Below are positions 24,300 to 38,900 of a stretch of DNA of 64,000 bases, piece by piece. Position numbers and translations under genes: made by a program. Numbering within the stretch: the stretch's first letter is position 1; every line of letters starts with the position of its first letter. The stretch is from assembly GCA_044892505.1 (NCBI GenBank), contig CM097883.1:186062001-186126000 (forward strand), given 5' to 3'. The notes under the pieces were generated by a model. That model searched no databases. It was not told the origin of the DNA and saw only the letters and a list, made by a program, of their open reading frames with translations. Source of the stretch: Schmidtea nova (taxonomy: Eukaryota).

Positions 24300-25764
24300 A
24301 ATAGAAAAACGCCAACTAAGTAAATTCAACATAAACGCGATATATTTCGATTGTAAAACAATTTTCTTCAGGAAGCAATCAGAATAATCAATAATAAATA
24401 GAAAATACGAAATATTTAAACAAATTAATCAATAATAATCATTCTCAAATCTTTTACTGTATCATTGGTTATTTTTTGAGTAGAGCTGTTTGAAGAAGAA
24501 CTTGCTTTGATGACAATTTCAATTGCATGGAATAAATTGCTTGGACTTATGTTGTAACTGTCATCGACCTGACCATCTTCAGCACTAAGTAGAACATCTT
24601 CAATAGTGTATTCTTCTTGACACAGTGTAATGATTTCATCATCATCAACGACTTCTTCTGTTTGAATCATATCCTCTTCAACCATTATTTGATCAAGCTC
24701 ATTCTTGTGTGTCTCAAGAATGGGATCTGATGACAAGTTTTCTTCAGCATAAGACCCATGAAATCTGAAATAATCGCAACTTTTTTAAAACAATTTTTGA
24801 TGGTTTCTTCTTTCACATCTTCCCAAGCTTCATGGAGTATCAATATGGTTTTCTTAAGATTAACAATAAAGGCTTTTGTTTGATCAAGCGAGTTCATGTA
24901 ATCAACTACTAACTTTTTTCTGTAATGATACTTTAAATTTTTTATTATACCTGCATCCATGGGTTGAAGATGAGCAGTTGAGTTCTTTTGAAGCATTATA
25001 ACTTCAGTGTTCTGAAAACATTTTTTCAAGCTATGACTTGGAGCGTTATCAAGTAGATAAAATTTCTTTTTGTATTTCTCAGTTCATCATCAAGATGCTG
25101 CATAAAACAATTAAACAAATCAGTGGTCATGCTTTCGAATTTGCGTGGTAATTACAGTATCATGCTACATTAAATAATTTGGGTTCTTGCTATGTCAAAT
25201 AACAAAGTGTGTAATTTTAATTGATCCACTAACATTTGAACATAAACCTATGGTTATTCTAACTTTAGATTGTTTTATGTCTTTTATTTCTCGATCAATG
25301 AATTCTCAAGAGAATGAATTTTTGAAGATTGTCTGGAGTAAGTGTTTGAGCTTTCACAATTTTCCCATTTCTCTTTATTTTTCAAAATTTCTGATTACGT
25401 AGAAATTCCTAGGTCCAGGTTTAATTCTCTTCTGATAATTTGAGACAACTCACTCAGCGACATTTTCTTCGACTCCTTTATTGCAAAAATCTTTGCCTTT
25501 TGATAAATTGTAATTTTTGTTCTTTTTCTAGCCATATGGATATTTAATTTAAATAAATTAAAATTGTAAACAAGCTTAATATTTAAACAACATTAATCCG
25601 AAACTTTTAAAAATTATTAGAAATTTAATTCAAAAAAGAGCTTTCTGATTGCGGATCATGAAGTTTCGGATTAATGAATCAAATTTGTCTGGAAACGTTC
25701 GAAAATTGACGAAAGACAAAGTTTTTTCGGACTATGAAGTTTTCGGATTATTGAGGGTTGACTG
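24300..25764 (-). mobile_element. Tigger/pogo DNA transposon remnant (CENP-B HTH + DDE_1)
   Basis: LLDNAPSH, TAHLQPMDAGIIKNLKYHYRKKLV, AWEDVKEETIKNCFKK; TIR CAGTCAACCCTC with TA at 25765. Confidence 0.88.
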
Positions 25765-27829
25765 TATCTGACTTTTTTGGAAAAAACCTCTTAATTAATT
25801 CTTGATTTGTTATGGCTTGAAAATTTATTTTTAAAATGGAAATACAAGTGGATTGGTGATCAATTAAATATAATTACACTTACACCTTAGTAAAACATCG
25901 AATGTTAATTATATACTGTTTATTATTGTCTCAATAGTTAACAATAGAAAAAATACGTTGTTATTTTATTAAATTTAGAAAAATATATATTGTTTTTAAA
26001 AAAGAACAAACTTGAAAATGAATGACAACTGCTACATGACAATGACAGCAAATATAAAGTCAGGCGAATATAAGTGTTACCATCTAGATTTCTTGTAGAC
26101 ATAATTCCTGTTGCAGATATGAAAGTTTTACAGTGGAATTTAGTTCATTTATTCAACTAAAAAAACCAAAATGAATATAAATATTCGATTATGAAATATC
26201 CAGATATTTGAAGTTGAATGCTTTAATTAATACGTACAAGCAAAAAAATGCTGAATGAAAATAATGATGACACATTTTCATTAATTATTGATTGATTACA
26301 CACATGAACAGTACGAATGTAATAGAATTAACGTACATCAGGCGGGATGCAATAATAAGTTGCAGCCTTCAATCAATTTACCGCTGTAGTTACGTCTTTT
26401 TAGCAATTCAATTACAGAAGTGCCCGGTTAACAGGTAAACAATGCTATAATGAATGAAAACCAAAAAAAGTTTTATAAATTAAATACTAACTAGAAAATT
26501 GCTGGACTCTACAATTCTGAAAACATTATTGTTGCTGCCTCCATACATTATATACTGACCACCCATAATATATTGAGTCACATAACCCTAAATTGAATAA
26601 ATAAATAATTCAACAGTAAAAACTATAAATAATATAAGCAATAATTCTTTTTTATAGAATCAGTAATTTTATTTAATCAGTGAATTATTACATAGAATAC
26701 ATTGAGTATTAATATGTCGGAACTATTGGTTTTGATCTAAAGATATCTGAAAATGTTTATGTTGTAGAGGGACTATTAAAGTTGAAGAATATTTCCACAA
26801 AGAAATGTCATCAAGGAGTTAATGAAAATAAAATAAATGATTGAGGCATACCTAGGTAAAGTAGTATAAGATGCTGTTGTAACTATCAACTTATACCAAA
26901 TTTTTAATTACATTAAAAAATTAAAGGAATACTTAAAAGAGGTTTAAGCACCTACTAAACAAATGAAATAAAAATTACATAAAATGAGGAAATAAACAAA
27001 TGGCATCAACTTTAAATTCTTCCTTCAAGAACTTCATACTTTCACTTATAAACATTAACCAATTTTTAAATAATAGCAAGTGTACATATTTTATTTGAAC
27101 ATGTTTGAATTGTATTTTTTTCTCTTTTTTCTTAATGAATTAACCTTGTAGTTGATTTCTTTTTAAAAATAGATAGCCTTGGGGTGAGTAGTTGTACCTC
27201 GGTAGATCCCCCTTGGTGCACAACTATACTTAAAATAACACCACAAATAAACACAAATTGAAGAGAAGAATAAGAATATTTATAAACAAATCTATGATTG
27301 CTAGACTTGATGTATGGCATGATTCAAAATAAATAATTAGATGTTTTTCTAAATTACAATTACAGGAACACGATAAACACTTATGTGCGGATAGGAGTTG
27401 AGCATGCTAAGCTTTATACAAGGCATGTTTTGAAGAAAACAACTTTTTGACAGAGACTCTTTAATGATTATAAATGGAGTACATTTTTTGATGCCACCTA
27501 TCTAAGCTATATCTGTTCGTTTATTATTGAGTGAATAGTTGAGGAACCCAGCTTAGTGCCTCATTTATAGAGGTCACAAAATGATTATCTTCAACAAATG
27601 TAACATTTTAAAGTTCTCTGTCGTAAGCTCAACAACCCTGAAAAAAGGATCGCTTTTAATATTTTTCTTGATAGCCTTGAGCAATGGTATCCAACTGGTA
27701 AAAAGTCAAATAATAAGGGTAGACTATCATAATTAGTTTATAACAGATTAATGTCAAAGTAACTTAACAAATTAGAAGTACGTGAAAGAAATCAATTATT
27801 ATTAATCATTTATTTCTGCTCGTAGATAA

Positions 27830-29204
27830 TCTTTGAATTGTTTATTTATTGCAATGTCAAGTGTTTGAAGATATGCTGTCATTCCGGTGGGTATCATGAT
27901 CTAATCAATTCTTTTTTCTGCAATAAAGTTTTTAATGTCTTGTGCACGATGGGTGCTGGCCGAATCCCATACAAGCATGCCTCTTTTCCGGATCTCAAAA
28001 TAATTGATAACATTAAATCTGTCCATCTCCTTATAACTGTCTGCGTACACCATGCCTTTTCCAATTCAAGCACGTATATTCCAGAAATACGCACCAGCTT
28101 GTGCTTCTTACCTTTCGTTATTATTAGAGGTGCGAGCTTCTTTCCATCAAATCTAATCCCCAAAATACAATTCACACGCATGCTTTCATAACCAGTCAAT
28201 GGGATGTAGATTGATGATTCCCGTTTTTGTTGATTGTTGTTTGTGATTCTGTACCCATGAACACGGCAGTTTCGTCCATAGCCACCATGTTAGAGAGTTC
28301 ATATTTCGAAAAATCAGTTTTGTCAAGAAATTCTTTGAATGCAATCGCACGATTAATAATTTGTGCATCATCGAATTTGAATAGGGTCATTGATCTTCGT
28401 AACGAAAGTTCATATTTTGAAAAATAATTGTCTAATCAGTGTTTTGAAGCTTGAATTCATCGGAGGAAATTAAAAAATGTGGTATCAAAGATAGTGCAAA
28501 TTTCTGAACATCTGTCCTGCTAACAACCAACCCTACAGATCTCCTGTTAGCGATCCATTCAAATACAACATCTTCTAACTCAGGAAACAGCACTTGCCAG
28601 CCAGAACCCAACTTACGTTTCTTTGCATGTCCATCAGCTGCCCTTTGAACAAGGTTTTCATATTCGGCTCGCCATTTACAAACCAGTCGAAGATCTAGCT
28701 TCTTGTCCTTGCAAAAAAAGTAAGATTCTTTCCTTTTGATTCCTCCACGATTGCTTTCTTATATTCGATTGAATAGCTCTTTAGATTTGCGCTCATTATA
28801 TGGGCAATTAAAATTACAGTAAGATTTATAAATCTAATACATAATGAATCAAGTTTTAAACTAAATTGAACACTTTTATTTTTCTCATATTTACCTGGAA
28901 AATATATTTAAGTCATGTTCTACTATAACAATCAAGTTTTTTTAATATTTACTTTTATTTAAAAAAAATAATAATTTTTTTAAATGATAATTATGACATG
29001 TTTTTTGGAATTGTATTTAGATGGCAATTCTTTAAAATAACGACTTATTTTAAAAATTTTTAAATAATAGAAGTATTAAACCATATGAGCAAGTATTTTT
29101 TAGTATCGTTTTTGAATACCATATTGTAGGTCTTATAGTTATTTCGGTCATATAATAGATGTTAGGTCTTATTTTTTGGATAGGTCTTATTATGAGGGAA
29201 ATAC

Positions 29205-29206
<2 letters not shown>
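27830..29206 (-). mobile_element. pogo-family (POGK-like) transposon remnant
   Basis: MVAMDETAVFM, STGYESMRVNCILGIRFDGKKLAPLII; TIR CCGTATTTCCCTCATAATAAGACC with repeated aataagacc subterminal motifs; abuts (TA)n 29207-29276. Confidence 0.85.
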
Positions 29207-29280
<74 letters not shown>

Positions 29281-32200
29281 TTATAACACAGTAATAAAAA
29301 TATTCAAGTAAATATTAATAATCTTTTAAAAAATAAAACTTTCGTCATATAATAAGCCTTTTACTTTTAGGGTATAGTTAGAACATCGGAATTAAATTTA
29401 AAAAATGGAAAAGCTATTAAAGTTCTTTCAAATGTTGGAAAATATGAAAGAAAAAATCTAATCAACTTACAATAGCAAAAATAACTATGTACATTACAAG
29501 ATTAAAGATACATATGGAACATAAAAGTTTACGGTGAATGGATTTGACATATAATTAGTAGATTATTTATTAAAATATCATTTCTTCAAAGAAGACATTA
29601 AAGCAAGATTAGATTATTCCAAAAAATATAAAAATTAGACGGTAAAGGATTAGAAAAATGATATCAGATAAAACAAAAATGCTTGAACGGTAGTGATGGA
29701 AGTCGATGGAATGGGAAAATGCTTTGAGATCCACTTACATCTAAAAATGTAAAATGATTCATATATAATAAGTCCGTAATGATCTGAGACTGTATCAATA
29801 GCATTGTAATTAGTAATTTTCAGATTATTAATGGATACTCTTACATCTGGTAAGTATGCTAACATCCTTTCAGACTATTTGGTATAATACGAAAGACGTT
29901 TAATTTTGGGAGATTTAGCTACTGAAACAAAACAAAAATAGAAAATAATTGAACATTTATTCGATTCAATAGTGGTTGTTTCTTTGAATAATTGTGCTTC
30001 AGAAATTGATGTGGTGTTTGTTGGTTGTTGTTGCTTGAATTATCGTTCTTGAGAAATTGATGTTGCGTTTACTGGATTTTCTTTTCTTGCTTGATATTCA
30101 GTTTCCAAAAAGAGAGCCGTTTTTCGTGATTTAAACAAAAACTTTTTTATAATTCTTTATATATGATTTTATCTCATATAATATATATATAATATATATA
30201 TATATAATGATATAATGTCTAATTTAATTTAATTTACTTTATATATAAATATTTATAATATGAATATGACGGAAGCACTACATAAGAAATTTATACTTAA
30301 AACATAAGAACGATCCAAAGCATATTGTTAAAATAACCAAAGAATGTTTCAAAACTAAAAAATTGAAGTCCTTTAAAATTTGAAGTCCTTTAAAAGTCCT
30401 GATATGAATCTAATTTTGTTTTATTTTAAAAATATATTTTGTTGATTATTTACAAAAACATTTTTTTTCACATAGTAAGGTTTTGTTTTGAATTTAAATA
30501 TTCCACTTTATTATACATAAATATTTTGATTTAATTAAATAAATCTATAGATCATCAGTTTATTTATTAGAGTTATTTCATTTTATTAATAAATTAGTTT
30601 ATATTTTTGTATATAAGTTTAATTTTTACTTAACCCTTTGTGCAGTAATCAGAAGTCAGACACCTATAATTTTTACATTCATTTTTTATTTTTCCACTAG
30701 TATTTAACAAATAAAATTTATTTTGCTGTTATGAAATTTCTTTTAAATAATCATTTAAGGCACATAATTTATTTAAATAGGTAAAATTACAAGCAATTAA
30801 ATAAATTTGTTATTTAAAAATTTTCAATTTCTCTTTAAATTTAATTTAGTCTATTGTAATGTATTTTAATTTTAAATGTTTTCTCTTCACTCTTTTATGA
30901 CTTATTACGCTAAAATTATTATAATTAATTTTCAAAATTCTTTGATTTTTCTATCTTGTCGATTTTTCTATTGTTTTATGATTACTTGTCAATTATATAT
31001 TTGTTCGTGCTTTTTGTTCAGTATAATTTTTAGTTTAATATAATTTCTCCAGTGTGATTTGTATTACTTTTGTTTACTTGGTATTTTGCTCAATCAATTT
31101 AAATTTATTTTTCTACATGTTGTTTTATCGTTCAATTTAAATAAAATTCAGTTAGATTCAGTTTTTGCCTAACATTAAAAAAAATTCAAATTTATTCATA
31201 AAGTAGAAGCGCTAAAGAATTTGATGAAAATATGAAAAAAATATTTAATTTTAAACTTTTTAAAAATATTACTCTGGTTCTTTTATAGAAATTAAGCCTT
31301 GGCGATAATGATAGTTATTTGCAATATAATGTTTTTCAATTATAAAATAAAACCAATTAAGTTATACAAAAATGCATATTTTAATTATAAATTTCATTAT
31401 AAATTTGTATTGTGCAATGTACCAATTTTGGTACCAAAATTTTAATGAAATAACTGATTAATTTAAAATTTGATATTTAAAGAATTATTAAAATATGAAA
31501 AATAATTGTAGTTTATAGACTTTTTAACTCGTCATTTTTTAATAATAAATAATATCTAGAATTACCTGGCTAGGAATATTAGAGGTATCTTGGTAGTATT
31601 CAGATGTCGGAACACTAAATTGACCATAAAGAGCTCGTCCATCTATTGGGGATGAATTTAAAACATATTCGTTGAATTTCCATACCTAATAAAATAATGC
31701 TTTAATTTAAAAATTATTTGTAAAAAAAATAATTTTTTTATATAATAATAACCATTCGTTCTCTATTATCTGAAAAAGTTAAAAATAGCAAATTAAAATA
31801 AATATATATGATATTAACATTATTTTAATTTTATAATTAGATTGATCAATTTTAAAATGAACTACATCAGTTTTCGTTGGTCTCATCAAAATATAAAGTC
31901 AACCAATCCAAGCATTTACGGCATAGTTTCCCAATCTGTGGACCTCTGTACGTTTGTTTGAGTTACACAAATGCGATACGCATAATATAAAATGTTTTAT
32001 ATTTACTCTAATCTCCCAACCACCATTGTCAAATTAACAGTATTTGCAAATGTTGTGATACATGGATGATATTAGTTGATCATACACTTAATTTGAACTT
32101 TATATATAATATATTTGATGAAAGCGATTCAAAAAATTTAATATTTGATGTGGCTTGGTAGTTGAATGGTCACATACTGTTTGGGTCTGGTCATAAAGTT

Positions 32201-32382
32201 ATCAATGCGTTCGATCTCAGATGAGATTGAGTTTTTTTAAATGGTAATGATGAGAGTCAAATAAGTTTGAAATGCGTCTTCTTTTAAAAATAAACATCAA
32301 ATATCACAATAAAACATTAAATTATTATTTAATTTTAAATTACCATAATGTATTACAAATATAATTTAATAATTATGTTTTA

Positions 32383-33161
32383 GGGGTCATTGCATAATTA
32401 CGTCACGCTCGAGGGTGGGTGAGTTGGTTCCTTGAAAACGTGACGACATGTGACGTGGGTGGGTGGGTGAGTTGAGCTGAACGTGACGTCACTTCTTGTT
32501 GTATTTTATAATGGATGTATTGTAGATTTGGAAAAGAGGCAATATCAAGTTTGTGGATGAATTTTCCAACTGTTGTTGCCAAGACAAATTATTACCGCAT
32601 CTGTCGTAGACAAAAGAAGAATACCACAATAATTGTTATTGATTTAGTTGAAGAAGTAGCCGAAGTCGCAGACATCAGCGAACCTTCAGATAAACATGTC
32701 TGTTCACCCGCTTGTATGACCCAGAAACCGGTGTTTGAACTGTTTGGATCTTTTTTTAGTTTTACCTTCGGAACAACGTGGTAGTTCTTCATGGATTCCT
32801 GAACTCGAAGAACCAGTTAATTAAATTAATATTACTTGATCCACTGCTAAGACTTTTAAACATTTAAAAACTGATCTTGCTTAAGCATTTTAAATGAAGT
32901 GCTCGAAATAATTTTAAAATCCATAAGTTCATTTTACTTGTTGTTTGAATCATTAAATTTTTTTAACCCTGTTTCAACTGTCCGTAAATTTCTATTTTGA
33001 ATGGTTTATGGTACCACTAGGCTACCCCCCCATTTCGTGAACAATAAAGTGAAGTCACGATTGGGGGTGGGTGGGTCTAGGGAAATGTGACCAAGAGTGA
33101 CAGGCTAAGTGGGTTGGTCAAAATGGTCATTTTTGGTGTGACGTAATTATGCAATGACCCC
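32383..33161. mobile_element. PIF/Harbinger-type non-autonomous element
   Basis: Perfect TIR GGGGTCATTGCATAATTACGTCAC / GTGACGTAATTATGCAATGACCCC; 3-bp TTA TSD. Confidence 0.88.
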
Positions 33162-34059
33162 TTATCAAAATATATCAAATTTAATTAATTTAAAAATTGC
33201 ATTAGACCAAAATAATAAATAAAGAAAAGAGAGTATTTAACCTTTATCCGTCCCTAAAGTAAGTAACACTAAAGTCTTTTGGGCTAAAATAAACTCACAT
33301 ATGTATTTATATTAAAAAATAAATATATAGTATTTTTTGGTAATTTATTGTTAATAAATTCAAATAGAATAGAACAAAATATTCCACATAAAATAAATAC
33401 AAAGAATTTTCCAGTGGTTCAAAATTAACCCGATGGATGAAAGCTAAAGGTAAATCCTATTTGAAAAAAGTAAATGATAAATATGTATAGATTGTATTAG
33501 ATGCACATTGTGTTTATTTGTAATAAAAGTATGTTATATTCATAAGCAAAGTTATGATTAATAAATGGATATTAATTTTTCAAACTTTTCAGATTGACAA
33601 GGATTATGTTATAATCGAAAATTTTCTCACTTAATAAAATTGTTTTTGCAGCAAAGGCTTATTTTGTTACTTATTTATTTAATACTTAATGCTGCTACCA
33701 ATGAATCACCATTTTATTCTAACAATTAAAAGGCTTCAAATTTAACAAATTTTCGGAACTAACTATTAGAATCCCTAAATGCACTGTGTTGATTTTTGAA
33801 AACATACCAAATTTTGTTTCATTAAAGAATAAGTGATATAAACTTTATGTTGTTGCACAGAATAATCTCGAATGGTGGTAAGTTAGAAGAAAATTCAATT
33901 TTATTCATGCCACATGTTTAAGTCAAAAGATAAATTATATTATTAAAACAAATTAGTTTCTTAAAATATTTTTGGAGAAATTAAATCAAAATAATATCTG
34001 AAACAATATCATCATTTAATTTCTACATAGCACAAAATTTAAATATTAATAAATATATT

Positions 34060-34370
34060 TTACAGTTTGCTAAGCTGGTATTTTAGTCTGACATTTCTCA
34101 CTTTATAGATGAACTATATATTAATTTAGAAAAACTATAAAAAATCGTTTATGACCTGTCAAATAAAATAGAACCCTTTAAAAGAAAATTAAAATCTAGA
34201 GCACAAAAGGACAAGAAGACTGTTTTGATATTTTTCCATTATTTTTAGAATTCATTTCTGACAATGAAGATTTAAAGTGACAGGATGCATTTCGATACTT
34301 CAAGCTTTACATTGCACTTCGTCAAATGAATTTAGAAAGATAGTTTTTCGGAGAAACTAATGGGTAATTG
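34060..34370 (+). mobile_element. hAT-Charlie (ZBED5/SCAND3-like) transposase remnant
   Basis: AKLVF*SDI...YDLSNKIEPFKRKLK...FDIFPLFLEF resembles LAYL.DIF...I.AF..KL...MFP.L. Confidence 0.55.
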
Positions 34371-35367
34371 TTAAAACTTGATCGATTGCACTTTTTCACA
34401 ATCGTCCAGATTGCTGATAGTGATAACAGCGGAATATTTTAATTATTGCTTTATTTTTTGTGTGTGTGTGTTCAGGTCTCATACCGTCTATATACCAGTC
34501 AGTCAATTACTGATGACATGTATGTACAGACTACTAATTTACGAGACTACTTTACTAGTAGTCTACTATTTACAACATTCTAATCAATCACATTATTCCG
34601 TACCTGTTTAATTAGCACTGTATTTTATTTTGACATTTTTTGATACATATAATCACATAAAATTAATATATTTGTTTTTTGGAATTTATGTTTTGTTGTC
34701 GAGTCAGAAAAATGCCGAATTTGATTAATATTCTGAATTTCTAATCTTGAACAATCGGCGCCAGATGGGCGGAAGATTTTGAATTGTTCCGATTGTCCTA
34801 ATAATTGGCCCGATTGTGAATGTTACCGATTAATTAATCATGCTGTAGTAATCATTTAATTTTACCCTGAGAAAATAACAATCTTATTCTTTCACAACAA
34901 GAAAAATCAATTTGTTTTAAAGACAATAAAAATTAACTGAAATATTATGTTTAAATTTAAAATTAAAATTCACGAGGAATATCAAGCACTAATCGAAAAA
35001 GCAATTAAGGTACTCGTTTCCTTTACATTTACCGATTAAATGTGAAACTACATTTTTGTCCTTAGCGCTTTACAAATCAAAAACAGAGACCGTTTGGAAA
35101 TAAATCAGCATTGCGATTATCTATAATTTCTTTGAGGAATAAAATTAAAAAAATTATTGATTGAAATGCAAATACAAGTCTCTTTTTGAATAAATATTAT
35201 AAAAAATTTGGATTTTATTTTTACGTCATCTAATTTTCAAGTTATGTCGCAAGAAATAATAACAAGTATTATTTATTATATGCACTGTTTAATCTGTAGT
35301 GGTGGTCCGTAAATGATTGTGATCCACATTTGTAAAAAAAGTTTAGACATGGTGATATACTGTACAC

Positions 35368-35740
35368 CAAGGGTGTTTAACCTGCGACTCTCGGGCCGCA
35401 TGCGGCTCGCGTGTGGTATAACAAATATAAATCATTCCAATGTTGATGTTGTGCTTCACCATTTTTCTAATCAATACGCAATTAAAATTAATTCAATAGT
35501 TAGAGAAAATTTGTTAGAGTCTAACAAAAAAAGCACCAATTTCAAAAATCGAGTTCGTTCAAAATTACCACATAACATTGCATACCGAGATTATAATATT
35601 ATAAACATTATATATACAATGCATTTTTCATTATCATAATAAAACTAAAGTTTTAAATGTAATTGACTTTTTTATGCGGCCAACACACATTTAAAAATTT
35701 ACCATATGGCCCAGATGCTACAAAAGGTTAAACACCCCTG
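35368..35740. mobile_element. hAT-Charlie-type MITE (373 bp)
   Basis: TIR caagggtgtttaacct / aggttaaacacccctg; TSD ctgtacac/ttgtatac; subterminal gcggccgc-like motifs. Confidence 0.8.
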
Positions 35741-35967
35741 TTGTATACCAATAATTCTTATAGTACGGGTTTTATCATTCACGTTTTTATCATTTGTTTT
35801 ATTAAATAATCTAAAATCTCAAATTAAAAAAATTTTAGTGATAGCAAGCCTACGTGCTGCTCAGTATTCAAATAGCAGTCACACAGAAATGCCGTTTTTT
35901 AATAATTTTTGACATTTTTAAATTCATATTTTTAAAATTTTTTTAAAATTTACAATATCAAAATAAC

Positions 35968-38900
35968 CTGAAGTACAGCCTTTTCTCTTTTCCATGAGCA
36001 TGATATAATTGTATTTGTGAATGGATCTATGTCAATTCCATCTGCTCCACAAACGTGGGGACCTAAATATTGCCTTAATTATGAGAAATTAAATTTGATG
36101 ACATGCCATTAAAATATAAAACCTAACCACAATGAGCCTAATTTACGGTCATCCCAAATTTGAATAGTATTATCCCAACTAGCACTAATAAATATATGAG
36201 TATATTTAGAATCAGTTTTTCCCAAAGGATGATATTTAATTGCTGTTATTCTTAATGTGTGAAAATCTGCATTCAATACCGCATCTGAGGCTCGACCAGT
36301 TTGAAGAGTATGAGTCTCACTATAAAATAGTAATGTTAATTATTAATTTTAAATATAAAATGGTGAAAAACTTTGTATTTGCATAATTTATTTTCATTTG
36401 CTAAATTGTTCACACTTTGGAGACCGAACTCATGGAATGAAGAATAAAAATTAATTATTAAACTAACTTTTATCACTCATTTTCAGTGAGATCTGTTGAT
36501 ATATCAAAGCATTGAAAAGAGTTTAATATTTAATAGAAAATCATAAAAATAACAAATTCAGTAGACTCGCTATTATCTCGAGCCGCGCTGGCTGGGTTGT
36601 GGAAGGAACAGTCAAGGGTAGCAAAAAATTCGATTTTTTACATTGCTTGTAAAAATAATCATATAATATTAGTTAAACACTAGAAGAAAAAAATATTAAA
36701 TTTTGAAACCAAGGAAATTCTAAATTTCGGTTGATAACAAGAAATAATCTGGGTCCAGTGAGATCTTTGAAGGCAGATTGACCTTAAACAAACATTCTGA
36801 CTACACTTAATATAAATAAATATAATAACAAAAGTGCATTCGATTTATTAATTATGAAAATTAGTAATAAACTCTTCAAACAAATAAAACATAAGTTTAC
36901 AGGAACCTGATTTATTGACAGTTTTAATTAGTAATGTTCTACAAGACCCGAGAGAGTACCTAATTTAGTACCTAATTTAGTATTCAGTGTATTAAACTTT
37001 GTCAGAGGAGAAACAAAGTGATAATTTCTGGGCTATTTAGGTACGAACAAAAAGTCAAAATCTCAGAATTACGATAATTCTCAAATTATTTTTATTTATT
37101 TCATACATTGGACAGAATAGTAATTTTGTTGTAATGTAAAAAATCCACTATCCAAGATTTATGGTTTCTCGGAAAATAATATTTTTCGCTTGCTGNNNNN
37201 NNNNNNNNNNNNNNNNNNNNNNNNNNNNNNNNNNNNNNNNNNNNNNNNNNNNNNNNNNNNNNNNNNNNNNNNNNNNNNNNNNNNNNNNNNNNNNNNNNNN
37301 NNNNNNNNNNNNNNNNNNNNNNNNNNNNNNNNNNNNNNNNNNNNNNNNNNNNNNNNNNNNNNNNNNNNNNNNNNNNNNNNNNNNNNNNNNNNNNNNNNNN
37401 NNNNNNNNNNNNNNNNNNNNNNNNNNNNNNNNNNNNNNNNNNNNNNNNNNNNNNNNNNNNNNNNNNNNNNNNNNNNNNNNCGTTGGCTGTCATAAGGGTC
37501 CTCTCAGATTGTTGCTGCATGACAATGCCGGCTCCCTCGACCTGCTAGTGGGGTAAATCCTGGCACGAGGAATTGCAAACGTAGAAATAGAACGATATTC
37601 AAGACTAATTTGCTCAATTCAGCACTTGATTGTCCAGGGAATACCAAACATGTCGTCCCTTCACTCTTTGCAGCGCTCATCCAATGATTCAAATCCCAGT
37701 AAGCCGAAGTTGTCGATTTCCTTACGTCTGATCTAGCATCTGTAAATCCATCTAATCCCATCAGACAGTTGATTCGTCGGAGGTTGGTCACTTCATCACA
37801 ACCGAGATTATATTGAATCGCTGAATTGCAATCCATGAGAGCATCGGAATAGTTACCAAGTTTCATCAATGAAAAGGCACGATTAGAATAGCATAACGAC
37901 GTTGATAATAGGCATTTACTGTTACTCATATTCCACGAATCAATATATCTGTCGGATACACCTGTTTTGCCAGTTTCATTTTCGGCTCTAGCAATTATTT
38001 CCTCACCTCGTATCATTGCAGGAATAGAAATAGCTTGTATCTACGTCAACAACAAGGACAAAATTCCGAAACAGTTTTATTTTCCAATAAAATTCCCAAA
38101 TTTATCGATCTTTCAAATTCATGAAAACCCACAAAGCCGTTTTTAAATCACACCACAAAACCGAAATCATAAATAGCCCAAATAAACAAAAACAACTGTC
38201 ACAAAGACTTTTAAAAAACTTTTACTCGAAATCACCAAATAAACTCAGAAAAACAACAACTCCAGTTATTCCAAAAAATTCGATTTATTTCATCGATTTC
38301 CTTAAAAAACCAGACGAATCACAAAGCCATTCGTTTCTCTCTCGCGTCTGTGTGCGCACGCCTAGAAATCATCATTATCGCGCACACAGACATAATGAAA
38401 TTTACTTCTCACCTCGCACACTAATTCTTGAGAGCCATTTAGGCTTGTGATAGAATTAAATGCTGGATCAAAGCTCGTGTTTTCAGTCCGTTTTGCATAT
38501 GATTTAAACCGTCGATAACAATAGATTTAATAAACATTTCTAATTGAAATTAAATGTCATATAAGATTTATATAGATTTCGATAAGACCGTCTAACGGCT
38601 TTCGGCTTCCAGGCTCGCCCCACCTCTCTCACACCAATCAAGCCCCGCTTTTAATTATTTAATTTTTATTTAATAATCTTTTAAATATTTTATTAAGCGG
38701 GCGCGACCAATAATAATAATTGTTAAACTCAAGTCTTCCATAAAATTTATTAGTCACCATTAGATTATTATTTCTAATGTTTGTCAGTAATATTCAAACA
38801 ACTACCGTCTTAACCCGAAAATAACACCATGGTGTTGTATTTGAGTTTTTAAAATATTTTGACTTCTTAAAACATTGAAGAAAAATTCAAACATAACACC

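Noticed and set aside
29380-29950. Non-LTR endonuclease remnant (SDH and GD-like motifs)
   Set aside because: The two motifs are on opposite strands; not supportable.
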